Assembly (NCBI GenBank): GCA_050014495.1
Contig: JBEKDF010000009.1
Location: 22,850 to 86,849, forward strand
From: Candidatus Bathyarchaeia archaeon
Lineage (GTDB): Archaea > Thermoproteota > Bathyarchaeia > TCS64
Length of the DNA: 64,000 bases
Direction of reading: 5' to 3'
The notes below the pieces were generated by a model. It worked only from the letters and a program-made list of their open reading frames with translations. It was not told the DNA's origin and did not search any database. The position numbers and the translations under genes are program-made. This document shows, one piece after another, positions 8,531 through 18,365 of this stretch. How positions within the stretch are numbered: position 1 is the stretch's first letter; every line of letters starts with the position of its first letter.

Positions 8531-10775
8531 GGATCTTCCCGAGGGGCAGACGTTCATAGACCAGTTCTACAAGTCGGAGCGCCTCTACAAGGGAATGCCA
8601 ATGGTGCGCACCACCGACGGTTACCTTGTAGAGTGGAACAAGGCGAGAATAGTGGAACAGCTCGTGAGGGAAACTGAGCTCGCGGAAACGATGTTCGGGA
8701 TAAAACCCATTAGCATTATGAGGGCTGAGAAGCTGAGTCAGGAGGTTGAGAAGCGTATTAGGCTCATTAAGCCTAAGGTCGTCTCGGGCCCTATGGTTAG
8801 GGAAATCACGAATAATGTCCTACTCGAGTGGAGCGAGTCCGAGAACGCGCCAGAGCTCCAAGTGTACAGGAATATACTGACACGTGTCGGTGTCCCCGTT
8901 GTGGATGCATACGAGATCGATACTGGCTCTGGATTTGAGGCGAAGGAGAACGCTAACCTCCAGCCTAACCCGGAGACGGTGCATAAGAAGAAGGCGGACA
9001 GACTCTCTAAGGAGCAGTACCTGCTGCTAATGGACCCTACGCTGGCGACGGCTCACCACCAGGGTGACATCCATATACATACACTGGAGTATTTTGGTTC
9101 CCGACCCTTCTGCCAGGACTGGGACCTCAGGTACTTCCTCTATTACGGTCTTATCCCTGATGGTAGTGGGTTCAGGAGCAGTGTGGCTGGTCCAGCAAAG
9201 CAACCTGAGGTGGCGATACTCCACAGCGTGAAGGTATTGGCCGCTGGGCAGACGAACTTTAGTGGCGGCCAGGGCTTCATGTACTATACGATGTTCCTCG
9301 CGCCTTTCCTCAGGGGGCTACCCTACGAGAGGGTGAAGCAGCTCGCCCAGATGATGTTCTATGAGTTGACACAGACATATGTGACGCGTGGAGGGCAGCT
9401 TGTATTCAGTAATATCCAGTTGCCGATGGGTGTGCCGAAGATCTGGCAGAATGTTCCCGTCGTAATGAAGGGACGCGTAGGTCCGGACACATACGGGAGC
9501 TACGAGGATGAGGTGCAGACCTTCTTCCGTGCTATCACGGAGGTGGCACTTGAGGGGGACTACTGGGGGAAACCCTTCAACTTCCCGAAGAACGAGAACT
9601 ATGTCTCACCCGAGTTCTTCAAGCCAGAGTACGATGACCTCTGGATGCTCGTCCACGAGTCTGTGAGCAAGTTTGGGGCACCCTACTTCGACAACATGCT
9701 TCCAACATACCGTGGCTACGGTAACGGCATAAGCTGCTACCAATGCTGCGCTTACCAATTCGCGAACACGCCAGAGACTGACCCCAAGTTCAATGAGAAG
9801 CTATACTTTGAGGGTGGTCAGCATTTCAGCATGGGCGGATGGCAGGTCGTGAGCCTAAACATGCCTAGGCTGGCCTACCGCGCCAACGGTGACTACGATA
9901 AGCTTCTGGAAGCGGCGCAGGAGAACATGCGGATGGCCGTAGACGTCTTCAAGACGAAGCAGCACTGGATGAAAAAGTCCCTCGCCAATAATATGGTGCC
10001 ATTCGCGACACAGACACCCAGAGATCCACACACGGGTGAGCTGGGGCCGCCAGCCGTTGACTTCTCCGAGCTCGTGAATGTCATAGGCGTCGTGGGAGTC
10101 AACGAAATGGTTCAGCACTTCACGGGTAAGCAGCTCCATGAGGACCCGGACTCTGTGCGCCTCGCTATACGGCTCCTGCTCGACATGGAGAAGTATAGGA
10201 AGGGACTCGAGATGAGGAACGGGTTCAAGATAATGTTGGCGCGTACACCAGCTGAATCGACAGCACAAACCTTCGCTATCAGTGACCTCGTCTCTCCCAC
10301 CTACAAGAAGTACGCCATCAACACAGTTAAGGGAGACCTGGAAGGGGCAGCAGCGCTGGTGAAGGGAAAGAGAGACCTCCCAGTATACTACAGCAATGGT
10401 ACACACACCTATGTAGGGGCGAAAATACCCCTGGGGACGAAGATCGACATCGAGCATAAATTCTTCCCAATATTAAGTGGCGGGAACATCTTCCACGCCT
10501 GGCTCGGCGAGGCGTGCAGCGATCCGGAGGCACTCTACAAGCTGACTCAGCGCATCTGCAGGAACAGCCAGATCGGATACTTCAGCTACACAAAGGACTT
10601 GACGGTGTGTAGTAAGTGTGCTAGCACGTCGCCGGGAATGCTGAAGATGTGTCCATCATGTGGTTCCGAGAACGTGCGCTGGTGGAGTAGAATCACCGGC
10701 TACTACACGGATGTGACTGGGTGGAACGAGGGCAAGCGCCAGGAACTCATGGACCGCTACCGCGTCACCATCTAA
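8514..10775 (+). CDS. nrdD: Class III anaerobic ribonucleotide reductase with ATP cone
   Basis: ATP cone, GDIHIH, QTNFSGGQ, YQCC finger loop, C-terminal CxxC..CxxC and SRITGYY glycyl-radical motif. Confidence 0.95.
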   Translation: MLKRGRDLPEGQTFIDQFYKSERLYKGMPMVRTTDGYLVEWNKARIVEQLVRETELAETMFGIKPISIMRAEKLSQEVEKRIRLIKPKVVSGPMVREITNNVLLEWSESENAPELQVYRNILTRVGVPVVDAYEIDTGSGFEAKENANLQPNPETVHKKKADRLSKEQYLLLMDPTLATAHHQGDIHIHTLEYFGSRPFCQDWDLRYFLYYGLIPDGSGFRSSVAGPAKQPEVAILHSVKVLAAGQTNFSGGQGFMYYTMFLAPFLRGLPYERVKQLAQMMFYELTQTYVTRGGQLVFSNIQLPMGVPKIWQNVPVVMKGRVGPDTYGSYEDEVQTFFRAITEVALEGDYWGKPFNFPKNENYVSPEFFKPEYDDLWMLVHESVSKFGAPYFDNMLPTYRGYGNGISCYQCCAYQFANTPETDPKFNEKLYFEGGQHFSMGGWQVVSLNMPRLAYRANGDYDKLLEAAQENMRMAVDVFKTKQHWMKKSLANNMVPFATQTPRDPHTGELGPPAVDFSELVNVIGVVGVNEMVQHFTGKQLHEDPDSVRLAIRLLLDMEKYRKGLEMRNGFKIMLARTPAESTAQTFAISDLVSPTYKKYAINTVKGDLEGAAALVKGKRDLPVYYSNGTHTYVGAKIPLGTKIDIEHKFFPILSGGNIFHAWLGEACSDPEALYKLTQRICRNSQIGYFSYTKDLTVCSKCASTSPGMLKMCPSCGSENVRWWSRITGYYTDVTGWNEGKRQELMDRYRVTI

Positions 10776-10869
10776 ATTTTTGAATAGTTTTATTTTTGCA
10801 ATATCATACGCGCAAAAAAGCAACCTATAATCCCCCAACTTTTATTCCCCAGAATCCAATCAGAACACC

Positions 10870-11076
10870 ATGAGTAAAAGAAGCAAACGCGAGGCAGAGA
10901 TACTTCTAAGTCTCGTCAATGCACGATACGGAGACCGCGTCACAGCTGAGGAGCTGGAAGAGATCCAAAAGGGAATCGACTCTATTCTCGATTCCTCTGA
11001 AGCTATGCATATCGTCAAGCTCGAGAACGGAGACGAGCCGTATCAATTCTTCAAGCCATACGGTGAAGAGAAATGA
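10870..11076 (+). CDS. Small GatC/AtzG-like amidase accessory subunit
   Basis: 68 aa helical protein ending in L.NGDEP; overlaps the amidase start (ATGA). Confidence 0.6.
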   Translation: MSKRSKREAEILLSLVNARYGDRVTAEELEEIQKGIDSILDSSEAMHIVKLENGDEPYQFFKPYGEEK

Positions 11077-12470
11077 AGAGCCCCATCTACACTCCCATTT
11101 CTGAACTCTCTAAACAGATTAAGAAAGGGAGGATCTCCCCTGTCGAACTTACTGAGACCTTCCTAAACCGCCTCGAGACCATCGGCTCACGTCTCAACGC
11201 AGTGGTAACCCTAACACGGGGTCTCGCCCTCAAACAAGCGCGTAATGCCGAGAAGGAGATAGATGAGGGCATCCATCGTGGACCCTTACATGGTATTCCT
11301 TGGGGTGCCAAAGATCTCCTCTCCACGCAAGGCATACCTACCACTTGGGGTGCAGAGCCCTTCCGAACCAGAATAATCGACACAGACGCAACAGTTGTTA
11401 AGAGGCTCCGAGACGCTGGTAGCATTCTATGCGCCAAGCTCGCTATGATAGAGTTTGCTGGAGGCATGGGTTACCGCCAACCCAACGCTAGTCTAACAGG
11501 CCCTCCACGTAATCCTTGGAACATCGACACTTGGGCAGGTGGATCATCAAGTGGCTCAGGCGCTGCCGTCGCAGCGGGTCTTATTTCCTTCGCCATAGGC
11601 AGCGAGACTTGGGGCAGTATCCTCAGTCCAGCCAATAACTGTGGTGTCGCTGGTCTCCGCCCAACTTATGGACGTGTCAGCCGTCATGGGGCTATGGCTC
11701 TCTGCTGGACCCTTGATAAGATCGGCCCTATCGCCCAGACTGCCAACGATTGTGGAATAATCCTACAAGCCATCGCTGGACCCGACTCGGAAGATTCCAC
11801 CACGATTCAGAGGCAGTGGAAATACAACCCACGCCCATTAAAGCAGAGGCCTCATCTCGCTGTCCTCAGGGGGGTAGTCGATGACGCTAACCAGGATGTG
11901 AGGGATAATTTTGACAATGCCCTCAAGACCATACGAGGATTCGCAGATGTCGAGGAGATAGACCTCCCATACCTCCCGTATGAGGCAATAACACGCACAA
12001 TCCTCAACGCGGAAGCTGCGAGCTCCTTTGAAGACCTTGTCGACTCCGGTCTAACTCAGCGTTTAACCGCCCCCGAGGACCATTGGGGACCCTACGCCAG
12101 ATCCATCCTCCTTGCTACCGACTATATCCGGGCCATGCGCCTACGCGGAAAGATGGTTAGAACTGTGACTGAGGTGATGAAACCCTTCAACGCCCTTGTT
12201 GCTCCAAGCGCAAAGAAACCCGCCACACCTATTTGGGAGGAGTTCCGGAAGGTTGCTCCTGGTACTACCAAGGACGTGATGGGCGCAATAGGCAATGGAT
12301 GCGGCTTACCGGCCATCAGTGTCCCAGATGGCTTTACAAGCCTCGGCCTACCTACAGGCATCCAATTTATGGGCAATCCCTACGAAGAAAACACAATCCT
12401 CGCCATAGCACGAGCCTACCAAAGCATGACCAACTGGTATACCCGCCACCCACCTGACACTGAGCCCTGA
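11073..12470 (+). CDS. Amidase-signature enzyme
   Basis: GPLHGIPWGAKD, GGSSSGS and GSETWGSI (Ser-cisSer-Lys triad). Confidence 0.92.
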   Translation: MKSPIYTPISELSKQIKKGRISPVELTETFLNRLETIGSRLNAVVTLTRGLALKQARNAEKEIDEGIHRGPLHGIPWGAKDLLSTQGIPTTWGAEPFRTRIIDTDATVVKRLRDAGSILCAKLAMIEFAGGMGYRQPNASLTGPPRNPWNIDTWAGGSSSGSGAAVAAGLISFAIGSETWGSILSPANNCGVAGLRPTYGRVSRHGAMALCWTLDKIGPIAQTANDCGIILQAIAGPDSEDSTTIQRQWKYNPRPLKQRPHLAVLRGVVDDANQDVRDNFDNALKTIRGFADVEEIDLPYLPYEAITRTILNAEAASSFEDLVDSGLTQRLTAPEDHWGPYARSILLATDYIRAMRLRGKMVRTVTEVMKPFNALVAPSAKKPATPIWEEFRKVAPGTTKDVMGAIGNGCGLPAISVPDGFTSLGLPTGIQFMGNPYEENTILAIARAYQSMTNWYTRHPPDTEP

Positions 12471-12678
12471 AACTGAACCCAAGAGTTTGCGAATTCAAAT
12501 AATATGCTTCCCATAATTCGGGAATGAGCATCAAAAATAGTTATCTAATTCGAAGGCTTATCGGCTACTCGATCGAGGCTATTGCGGTTGGCATTTTAGT
12601 TGCAGTCTCTGCAGTAATGGTTATATTCAGTAGACACCAGGCCCACCTTTTTTACCACAGAGGCAGGAAACAAACACC

Positions 12679-13284
12679 ATGGCCACATCGGAGCTAACAC
12701 TGAAATACTTTTTTTTCTATATAGCCTCCTTTGTAGTTATACTCCTTGGCTTCTACTTGGTCCCCTCCGGGTACATTGAGGCTCTGACTGCAGAGACATC
12801 GGCATTGGCACTAGCTTTGTTCGGACACGTTGTTAGTTGGGGGCAATTTGAAGGTCAAACAACCCTCACACTAATCGGACAAAATGTTGTCACCGTCTCA
12901 ATCGTGCGTGAGTGTACGGCATTGAACGTGCTCGGTGTTATGGTGGGGCTAATACTCCCCCTCAGGACGAGTTGGATCAAACGACTCTCTGGAGTCGCCC
13001 TTTCCGGTGTAGTCCTCTTTGTACTAAATATACCGAGAATAGCCCTTACCGTCTACCTCACCGCTTACGATACATGGCCTTTCACCCTGATTGCGGGACG
13101 AAGCCTTGAAACCTATCATTACCCAATAAGCTTCGCTTTTGGTGTAATTGGCGTCGCTTTGACTATCCTAATGGTTGTTAAATGGACTACGCCGGAGTTG
13201 GCTGAAACTCTGCTTGGAATTGTTGATAAAGTCCTTGGACTTGTTAAGTCGCTCATTGGCCTAGTTTCTCAAGACTCAACTTGA
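12679..13284 (+). CDS. Archaeosortase/exosortase-family transpeptidase
   Basis: Multi-TM protein with Cys (ECTAL), Arg (NIPRI) and His (YHY) triad. Confidence 0.8.
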   Translation: MATSELTLKYFFFYIASFVVILLGFYLVPSGYIEALTAETSALALALFGHVVSWGQFEGQTTLTLIGQNVVTVSIVRECTALNVLGVMVGLILPLRTSWIKRLSGVALSGVVLFVLNIPRIALTVYLTAYDTWPFTLIAGRSLETYHYPISFAFGVIGVALTILMVVKWTTPELAETLLGIVDKVLGLVKSLIGLVSQDST

Positions 13285-13311
13285 TCCAGGTCTTGCTTGT
13301 GCGCATCGCGC

Positions 13312-13455
13312 GTGCTCAATCGACCCTGGATCTTAGAATAATCAGTCGAGTCCCGAGTTCCCCATAGTGGACGAGACAGCCTCATTCAGCATGCTCATCC
13401 ACGAGCCGACTATTGTGCCGTTCATAGATATTTTCTCCTTAACCCTGTTTAACAT
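13312..13455 (-). pseudogene. N-terminal remnant of an HpcH/HpaI-type aldolase
   Basis: MLNRVKEKISMNGTIVGSWMSMLNEAVSSTMGNSGLD*, then degraded, ending at a CGCGCG tract. Confidence 0.5.
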
Positions 13456-13546
13456 CGCTGACTCGATAGTAGGATTCGGAATATCCGATATTACACCTGT
13501 TAGTTAAATGAAATGATGAGAGATCCGTTTCGTGAAAAATAGGGTT

Positions 13547-13873
13547 TTACTCTTCTTCCTTCTTCTTCTTAACGGGCTTCTTTGCCTCGACTTCCTCATC
13601 CTTACGGATGCTTATGGCGATTGTGGAGACGTTCCTCTTCCCGCCGTCCTGCCCCTCGAGCTCCTCGGTTCCGATCTCTATCTCCGGCTTGCTCAACCCC
13701 GCAATGAAGCGGTTTCTGCAGACCTCAGTTACGTCAACTGCCGTACTTATCGCCTGACCTCTCGCCTTGAGTACTACGCCGTCCGCTCCCTTCTGGTTGA
13801 AGGCTGTCAGAACCGCCATTACGTAGGTCATTACAGGTTTACTGCCGATGTAGATTATGCTGTCCTCTGTCAT
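13547..13873 (-). CDS. albA: DNA/RNA-binding protein Alba
   Basis: IYIGSKPVMTYV...KARGQAISTAVDV...RNVSTIAI. Confidence 0.95.
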   Translation of the reverse strand: MTEDSIIYIGSKPVMTYVMAVLTAFNQKGADGVVLKARGQAISTAVDVTEVCRNRFIAGLSKPEIEIGTEELEGQDGGKRNVSTIAISIRKDEEVEAKKPVKKKKEEE

Positions 13874-13942
13874 TCTGGATCAAATAAACGATACCGCATT
13901 GCTTAAAAAAGTATAGACTCCCTGATTGGTGACTCATGAGGA

Positions 13943-14440
13943 TTAATCTATGCTGAGTAGCTGGTCGAGCAGAAGATGGTCGTGGGAAGCTGGACTCCTC
14001 CAACCCTCCTTATAATTAAAATCATACTCCCTTGTATAATCACGAACGAAGCATATCGTCGGATCGCCCTTCACACTACCCCTCTTAAAATCCACCTCAT
14101 AATCATTCATCAGGTCGCATACCTCCCACTGATCCCTAAACATCGAATCGGAGACAACAAGAGGGATCTTTGAGTAACCTGAGGCGTTCAGCACTCGCCT
14201 CCTCCTCTTACCATATTGATAAAGGTCTTCGCCACTCCTAATAGAGATGGGGTGATGCTCCCAAAACACCTTGCCCAGAGGGAAAAAGTCGAAATTATAT
14301 CTCCCGATTTGGTATTCATGGTTCATCTCTTTTGGGGTTAAGCCCAGCCACTGCAGATACCTGAAACACTGGACCTCCTGATAGCTCACGAACCTTTCCC
14401 CCCAGATAACGTAACCAGTGTCGTCTCTGAGTATTTTCAT
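13943..14440 (-). CDS. Hypothetical protein, possible PD-(D/E)XK-like nuclease
   Basis: S..E, HEYQIGRYNFDFF and FWEHHP resemble DUF559/Vsr-like motifs. Confidence 0.45.
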   Translation of the reverse strand: MKILRDDTGYVIWGERFVSYQEVQCFRYLQWLGLTPKEMNHEYQIGRYNFDFFPLGKVFWEHHPISIRSGEDLYQYGKRRRRVLNASGYSKIPLVVSDSMFRDQWEVCDLMNDYEVDFKRGSVKGDPTICFVRDYTREYDFNYKEGWRSPASHDHLLLDQLLSID

Positions 14441-14805
14441 ATGATCACCACCGAAAGTATTTCGGAGGCGCGAGGAGCGAGGAGAATAGTGTGTATGAAG
14501 AGGTACTGGGCGTTCTCGCTCAGCTTCAGGGTGGTATATCCTCCCGCCTTAAACAGATCTAGGGATCATTGGAGATAACATTTACCTATTCTCGGAAAGG
14601 CTGTTATTGTGAAAAAAACTAATAAAGAAATTCGGTGGCTTCGTAATAACTTTAAATGGAGTGTATAAACTGGATATTGTTTAGATATAAGGAGACGTTC
14701 TTGATTAGTATGTGTCAATTATAAGGGATAGAACTTAGGCACAGCATAATACTTGTCACAGGGGTGCATCATAAGTCTAAATACTTTACACGCAGATGTT
14801 AACTC

Positions 14806-14937
14806 TGCCCAAGCAACAGCGACCGGGGATCGAAAAGGCGTGAAGAATCCCGGAGCTGACTCGGAACGGTGGGCCTAAAGGCTCTAGGGGCTTAGGCTTC
14901 AAGAGACCTCACCGTGAAGAGGAGAAATGCTTGGGCA
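14806..14937 (+). ncRNA. Unidentified structured RNA with a K-turn
   Basis: 10-bp closing stem TGCCCAAGCA/TGCTTGGGCA, two internal arms, canonical K-turn, TATA-like CTAAATA ~25 nt upstream and a T-rich tail. Confidence 0.7.
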
Positions 14938-15130
14938 CCTTATTTCTTCGAAAATCATCTCACTGAAAGTATCTACACTGTGTCGTCCTCAGCACTGACG
15001 TAAACATGACTTGCTTCTTCGCTAATTGACGAAAATCCATCCTTTACACATGTGATACGAAGACAATAAGAGAGTACAAGGTTATGCGTCACTAGTAATC
15101 GTTAAAGCCAGTATATCCACCCTTAGACCC

Positions 15131-15583
15131 ATGTCGATTGAAGCAAAGTTAAAGAAGCTAGGACTCGAGCTACCCTCCCCTCCCAACTACAAGGGTAACT
15201 ACATCGGTGCTAAGTGGGCTAATAACATAGCATTCAGTTGCGGACAGGGTCCATTCGATAAGACGAAGAGAGGCATGGTGGGTAAGGAGCTCACTCTCGA
15301 TGAGGGCTACAAGGCAGCCCAGGAGGTTGGCCTCAACTGCCTCTCACAATTAAAAAGGCAGCTCGGGAGCCTCGATAGGATCAAGCAGATCCTCCAAGTT
15401 ATTGGCTTTGTCAATAGCGCTGACGGATTTATGGATCAGCCAAAAGTTCTTAATGGCTTCACAGATCTTCTCGTGAATCTTTACGGTGATCCCGAGGGGA
15501 AGCCAGCGAGAGCAGCGATCCCACTCCATCACCCTGGGTGGGTTGCAGTCGAGGCGTGGATGGTTGTTGAGCTCAAGGAGTAG
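15131..15583 (+). CDS. RidA/YjgF-family protein
   Basis: IEAKLKKLGLELP, GFVNSADGFMDQPKVLNG.TDL, PARAAI. Confidence 0.9.
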   Translation: MSIEAKLKKLGLELPSPPNYKGNYIGAKWANNIAFSCGQGPFDKTKRGMVGKELTLDEGYKAAQEVGLNCLSQLKRQLGSLDRIKQILQVIGFVNSADGFMDQPKVLNGFTDLLVNLYGDPEGKPARAAIPLHHPGWVAVEAWMVVELKE

Positions 15584-16004
15584 ACTTTTTTTCCTCTTCT
15601 CTTATCCTTCCACTTAGATGGTTGAACCCTAACTCGGCATCGGCCAAGAGATTCTTCAACCTTTTTATGCGCCATCCAATCCTTGCCTTAATGAAGGCAT
15701 AAGCGTCGGGATAGTCACTTTTACGAGGGCAATCCTCTGACCCTGGGATACCTGCTAAATTCTGGGGGAGATCTACTGCAAAAATTTTCTCCAGTTCGTC
15801 CACGGGGTCGTGTGTCTCTCTGTAGATATCATTAAGTTTGTCCATACACACACGGCAGGACCCGATGTGTTCTAGTTGTCTGACCTCAGACTCGATGCTC
15901 ACCATGAAGCCGATGTAATCTGCTTCCATATGAAGAAGCCATAGGGGTTCACACTCTTCGGAGAGGGCTGAGAACCTAATACGCCGCATCGATTCACTAG
16001 CCAT
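15573..16004 (-). CDS. Hypothetical protein with an HxxxCxxC motif
   Basis: 143 aa ORF containing EHIGSCRVC. Confidence 0.5.
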   Translation of the reverse strand: MASESMRRIRFSALSEECEPLWLLHMEADYIGFMVSIESEVRQLEHIGSCRVCMDKLNDIYRETHDPVDELEKIFAVDLPQNLAGIPGSEDCPRKSDYPDAYAFIKARIGWRIKRLKNLLADAELGFNHLSGRIREEEKKSTP

Positions 16005-16071
16005 ACCCTAATCAGACTCGAGTTATCTTAAAATCGCTGCGAAAAGGATTAAATCGGGGAAAAGTCCTTAA

Positions 16072-16359
16072 ATGAGAAGTCTTCAGCAAGCCCTGATCCG
16101 AATGAGCCTCGAAGATGTCCTCAAGCTGATTGATGAGTCGAAGAAGTTCCTAGAGCCCTATAGGATTTATGGGCAGATGATAATGGATGGAATCGCTCAG
16201 CTAGAAAGCCTCGAAAAACTAGTCAAGGAGGAGAAGATCCCAGAGGCATATGCGTTGAGTTGTTCGATGTGCGAGCAGATCACCCAATATCGGTCTTTCG
16301 TTCCCCAATTAGCGGATAATATGGAGAGAGTTAGGGAGATTCTAAAAAGTAGTTGCTGA
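16072..16359 (+). CDS. Small helical hypothetical protein
   Basis: Open frame; likely start at MSLEDVLK. Confidence 0.5.
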   Translation: MRSLQQALIRMSLEDVLKLIDESKKFLEPYRIYGQMIMDGIAQLESLEKLVKEEKIPEAYALSCSMCEQITQYRSFVPQLADNMERVREILKSSC

Positions 16360-16373
16360 AAGCAGTTTATGAG

Positions 16374-16455
16374 TTAACGCCTTCTCATGAAAGCATTCAC
16401 GACGATGGCAAGTCCAACGATGATAATAAAGGAAGGCCAGATCTTGTCCCAGATA
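16374..16455 (-). pseudogene. C-terminal remnant of a membrane protein
   Basis: IWDKIWPSFIIIVGLAIVVNAFMRRR* begins directly at the (CG)5 tract 16456-16465. Confidence 0.5.
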
Positions 16456-16614
16456 CGCGCGCGCGATGAAGTTCATAAGATGGCTTAAAAAGTTTCGTAC
16501 AAGCGCCACAAATGGTCTCGTGATCGTCTACCCATAGGTCGCACGCGCCTGATCTCCAATGACAGATATGCTTCAGCTACTGTAAAACGGGTTAACTCGT
16601 GATAGATTATGAGA

Positions 16615-17484
16615 CTAGGCACGCTTATCGATCTTGACGCCCCCTCGGGGGCCTATCGTGGCCTTAGCATGGCGGAGAGCCCAGCAGCTTATGACTATGC
16701 CTACCGGGAGAGACGCAGGGTGCCTTGCAGCCAACTCTATATGGAGGTCGAGGGCGGTCGGCCCCTCACCGAGACCCATTGCACCTATACCGAGTTCATT
16801 CACCTTACCCAGAAGCTCCTCCTCTATAGATGCTAGCTTTGGGTCTGGGTTCCTCACTTTGAATGGTTTTAGTAGCGCCTTCTTCGCGAGGAGCATGCAT
16901 AGGTCCTCACTTCCGCCGATGCCGACCCCGATGAAGTAGGGTGGGCACCCCTGTGACCCAGCCGCAGCGACGGCCTCAATCACGAACTGTTTGACGCCTT
17001 TCATCCCTAAGCCTGGTTTAAGCATTCGATGATTTGCGACATTGCTGCTCCCCCCACCCTTCGGCATGGCGATGAGCTCTAGTTCGTTGCCGGGGACCAA
17101 TTCCCAGTTGATTATTGGTACGAAGGCGCCTGTGTTATCGTTTGTGTTTCCCTTAAGCATGTCCACTGCGTTGGGTCGGATGGGGATCTCCTCGGTGGCC
17201 CGTCTAGTGGCTTTGACAAGTATCTCCTTGAGCTCAGATTTGAGTGGAAACTTGTCTCCCACCTTGACCATGAAGGCGACGACGCCGGTATCTTGGCACA
17301 TGGGCCAGCTATTCTTTCTTGCGAGTGAGGCGTCGTCCAGTATACTCTTGAGCTGAGCTTTCCCGGTTATACCCTTTGTACCCTTCATGAGCCTCTCCAT
17401 TTCCTTGATATATTCGACTGGAAGTTCGGTGGCAGCTATCCTGAGAAGCTCCACTGCTGTGTCTTCTACGATGATGTTAAGCAT
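16615..17484 (-). CDS. Class I fumarate hydratase alpha subunit (FumA/TtdA family)
   Basis: PMCQDTG, PKGGGS, GCPP, GIG.MGLG and CWALR. Confidence 0.92.
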   Translation of the reverse strand: MLNIIVEDTAVELLRIAATELPVEYIKEMERLMKGTKGITGKAQLKSILDDASLARKNSWPMCQDTGVVAFMVKVGDKFPLKSELKEILVKATRRATEEIPIRPNAVDMLKGNTNDNTGAFVPIINWELVPGNELELIAMPKGGGSSNVANHRMLKPGLGMKGVKQFVIEAVAAAGSQGCPPYFIGVGIGGSEDLCMLLAKKALLKPFKVRNPDPKLASIEEELLGKVNELGIGAMGLGEGPTALDLHIELAARHPASLPVGIVISCWALRHAKATIGPRGGVKIDKRA

Positions 17485-18093
17485 TCATTTCATCTCCGAG
17501 ATGATCCTGTCCCTATTGGCGTTCACCTTCATGCCTACATCTTGAGTTAGATTACCACCGTGGGAATCTATAGCCACTATAAGGGGTCCAAAGTTCTCTG
17601 TTTCATAGACCCAAAGGCACTCAGGCATGCCAAGCTCCTCCAACCAGAAGACATCTTTAACCTTCTTAATTCCCTTGGCTGCGAGTAGGGCAGCACCTCC
17701 CGTGAAGGCGGTATAGACGCAACCGAACTTTTGGCACGCCTTCGAGGTCCTCTCACCCATGCCACCCTTGCCGATTAGGACTGCGGGTCGGAAGGCTTCT
17801 ATAAATCTGTCCTCGAATAGTTCCATCCTTGTGCTAGTCGTGGGGCCAGCAGCTACTACCTCCCACTCCTTTCCTCTCTTCCTCATTATGGGACCGCAGT
17901 GGAAGACTCCTACTCCTTTAAAGTCTACAGGGGTCTTCTTCCCCTGCTCAAATAATTCAAGGGCCTTACTATGTGCCTCGTCCCGTGCGGTTATCACTAT
18001 ACCCGTGATGTAAATTATGTCCCCGATATTGAGCTTCCTAAGCTCCGCTTCAGGGACTGGTGTCTTGAGGTGATACTCCAAACCCCTTCTCAC
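17485..18093 (-). CDS. Class I fumarate hydratase beta subunit (FumB/TtdB family)
   Basis: TARDEAH, HCGP, AAGPTTSTRM and IGKGGM. Confidence 0.92.
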   Translation of the reverse strand: MRRGLEYHLKTPVPEAELRKLNIGDIIYITGIVITARDEAHSKALELFEQGKKTPVDFKGVGVFHCGPIMRKRGKEWEVVAAGPTTSTRMELFEDRFIEAFRPAVLIGKGGMGERTSKACQKFGCVYTAFTGGAALLAAKGIKKVKDVFWLEELGMPECLWVYETENFGPLIVAIDSHGGNLTQDVGMKVNANRDRIISEMK

Positions 18094-18365
18094 TCATTTG
18101 AACAGGTCTCAACAGCGATTTAAAACCTGAGGAATTCCATGTTAGACTGGACAAAATTACCGTGTGTTTTCATCTATAATCTAAGTGGCGCTTAGAAAAA
18201 AAGTGAGTATTATCCTTGAATCACCCAAGGCTTCAAGAGATACTAAAGATCTCGTGCTACCCTAACAGTTAGCAGAACCCAAATTAATACCACATTTTCC
18301 AGAGGAAGCTGATCCCGGGCGTTTCTGAGAAAAGGTATAATATATACAGCGTTATAACTTCTGAG

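Noticed and set aside
14806..14937. tRNA, 5S, SRP, RNase P or H/ACA identity for the structured RNA
   Set aside because: Lacks a T-loop GTTC, SRP helix-8 motif, RNase P GAGGAAAGTCC and a terminal ACA
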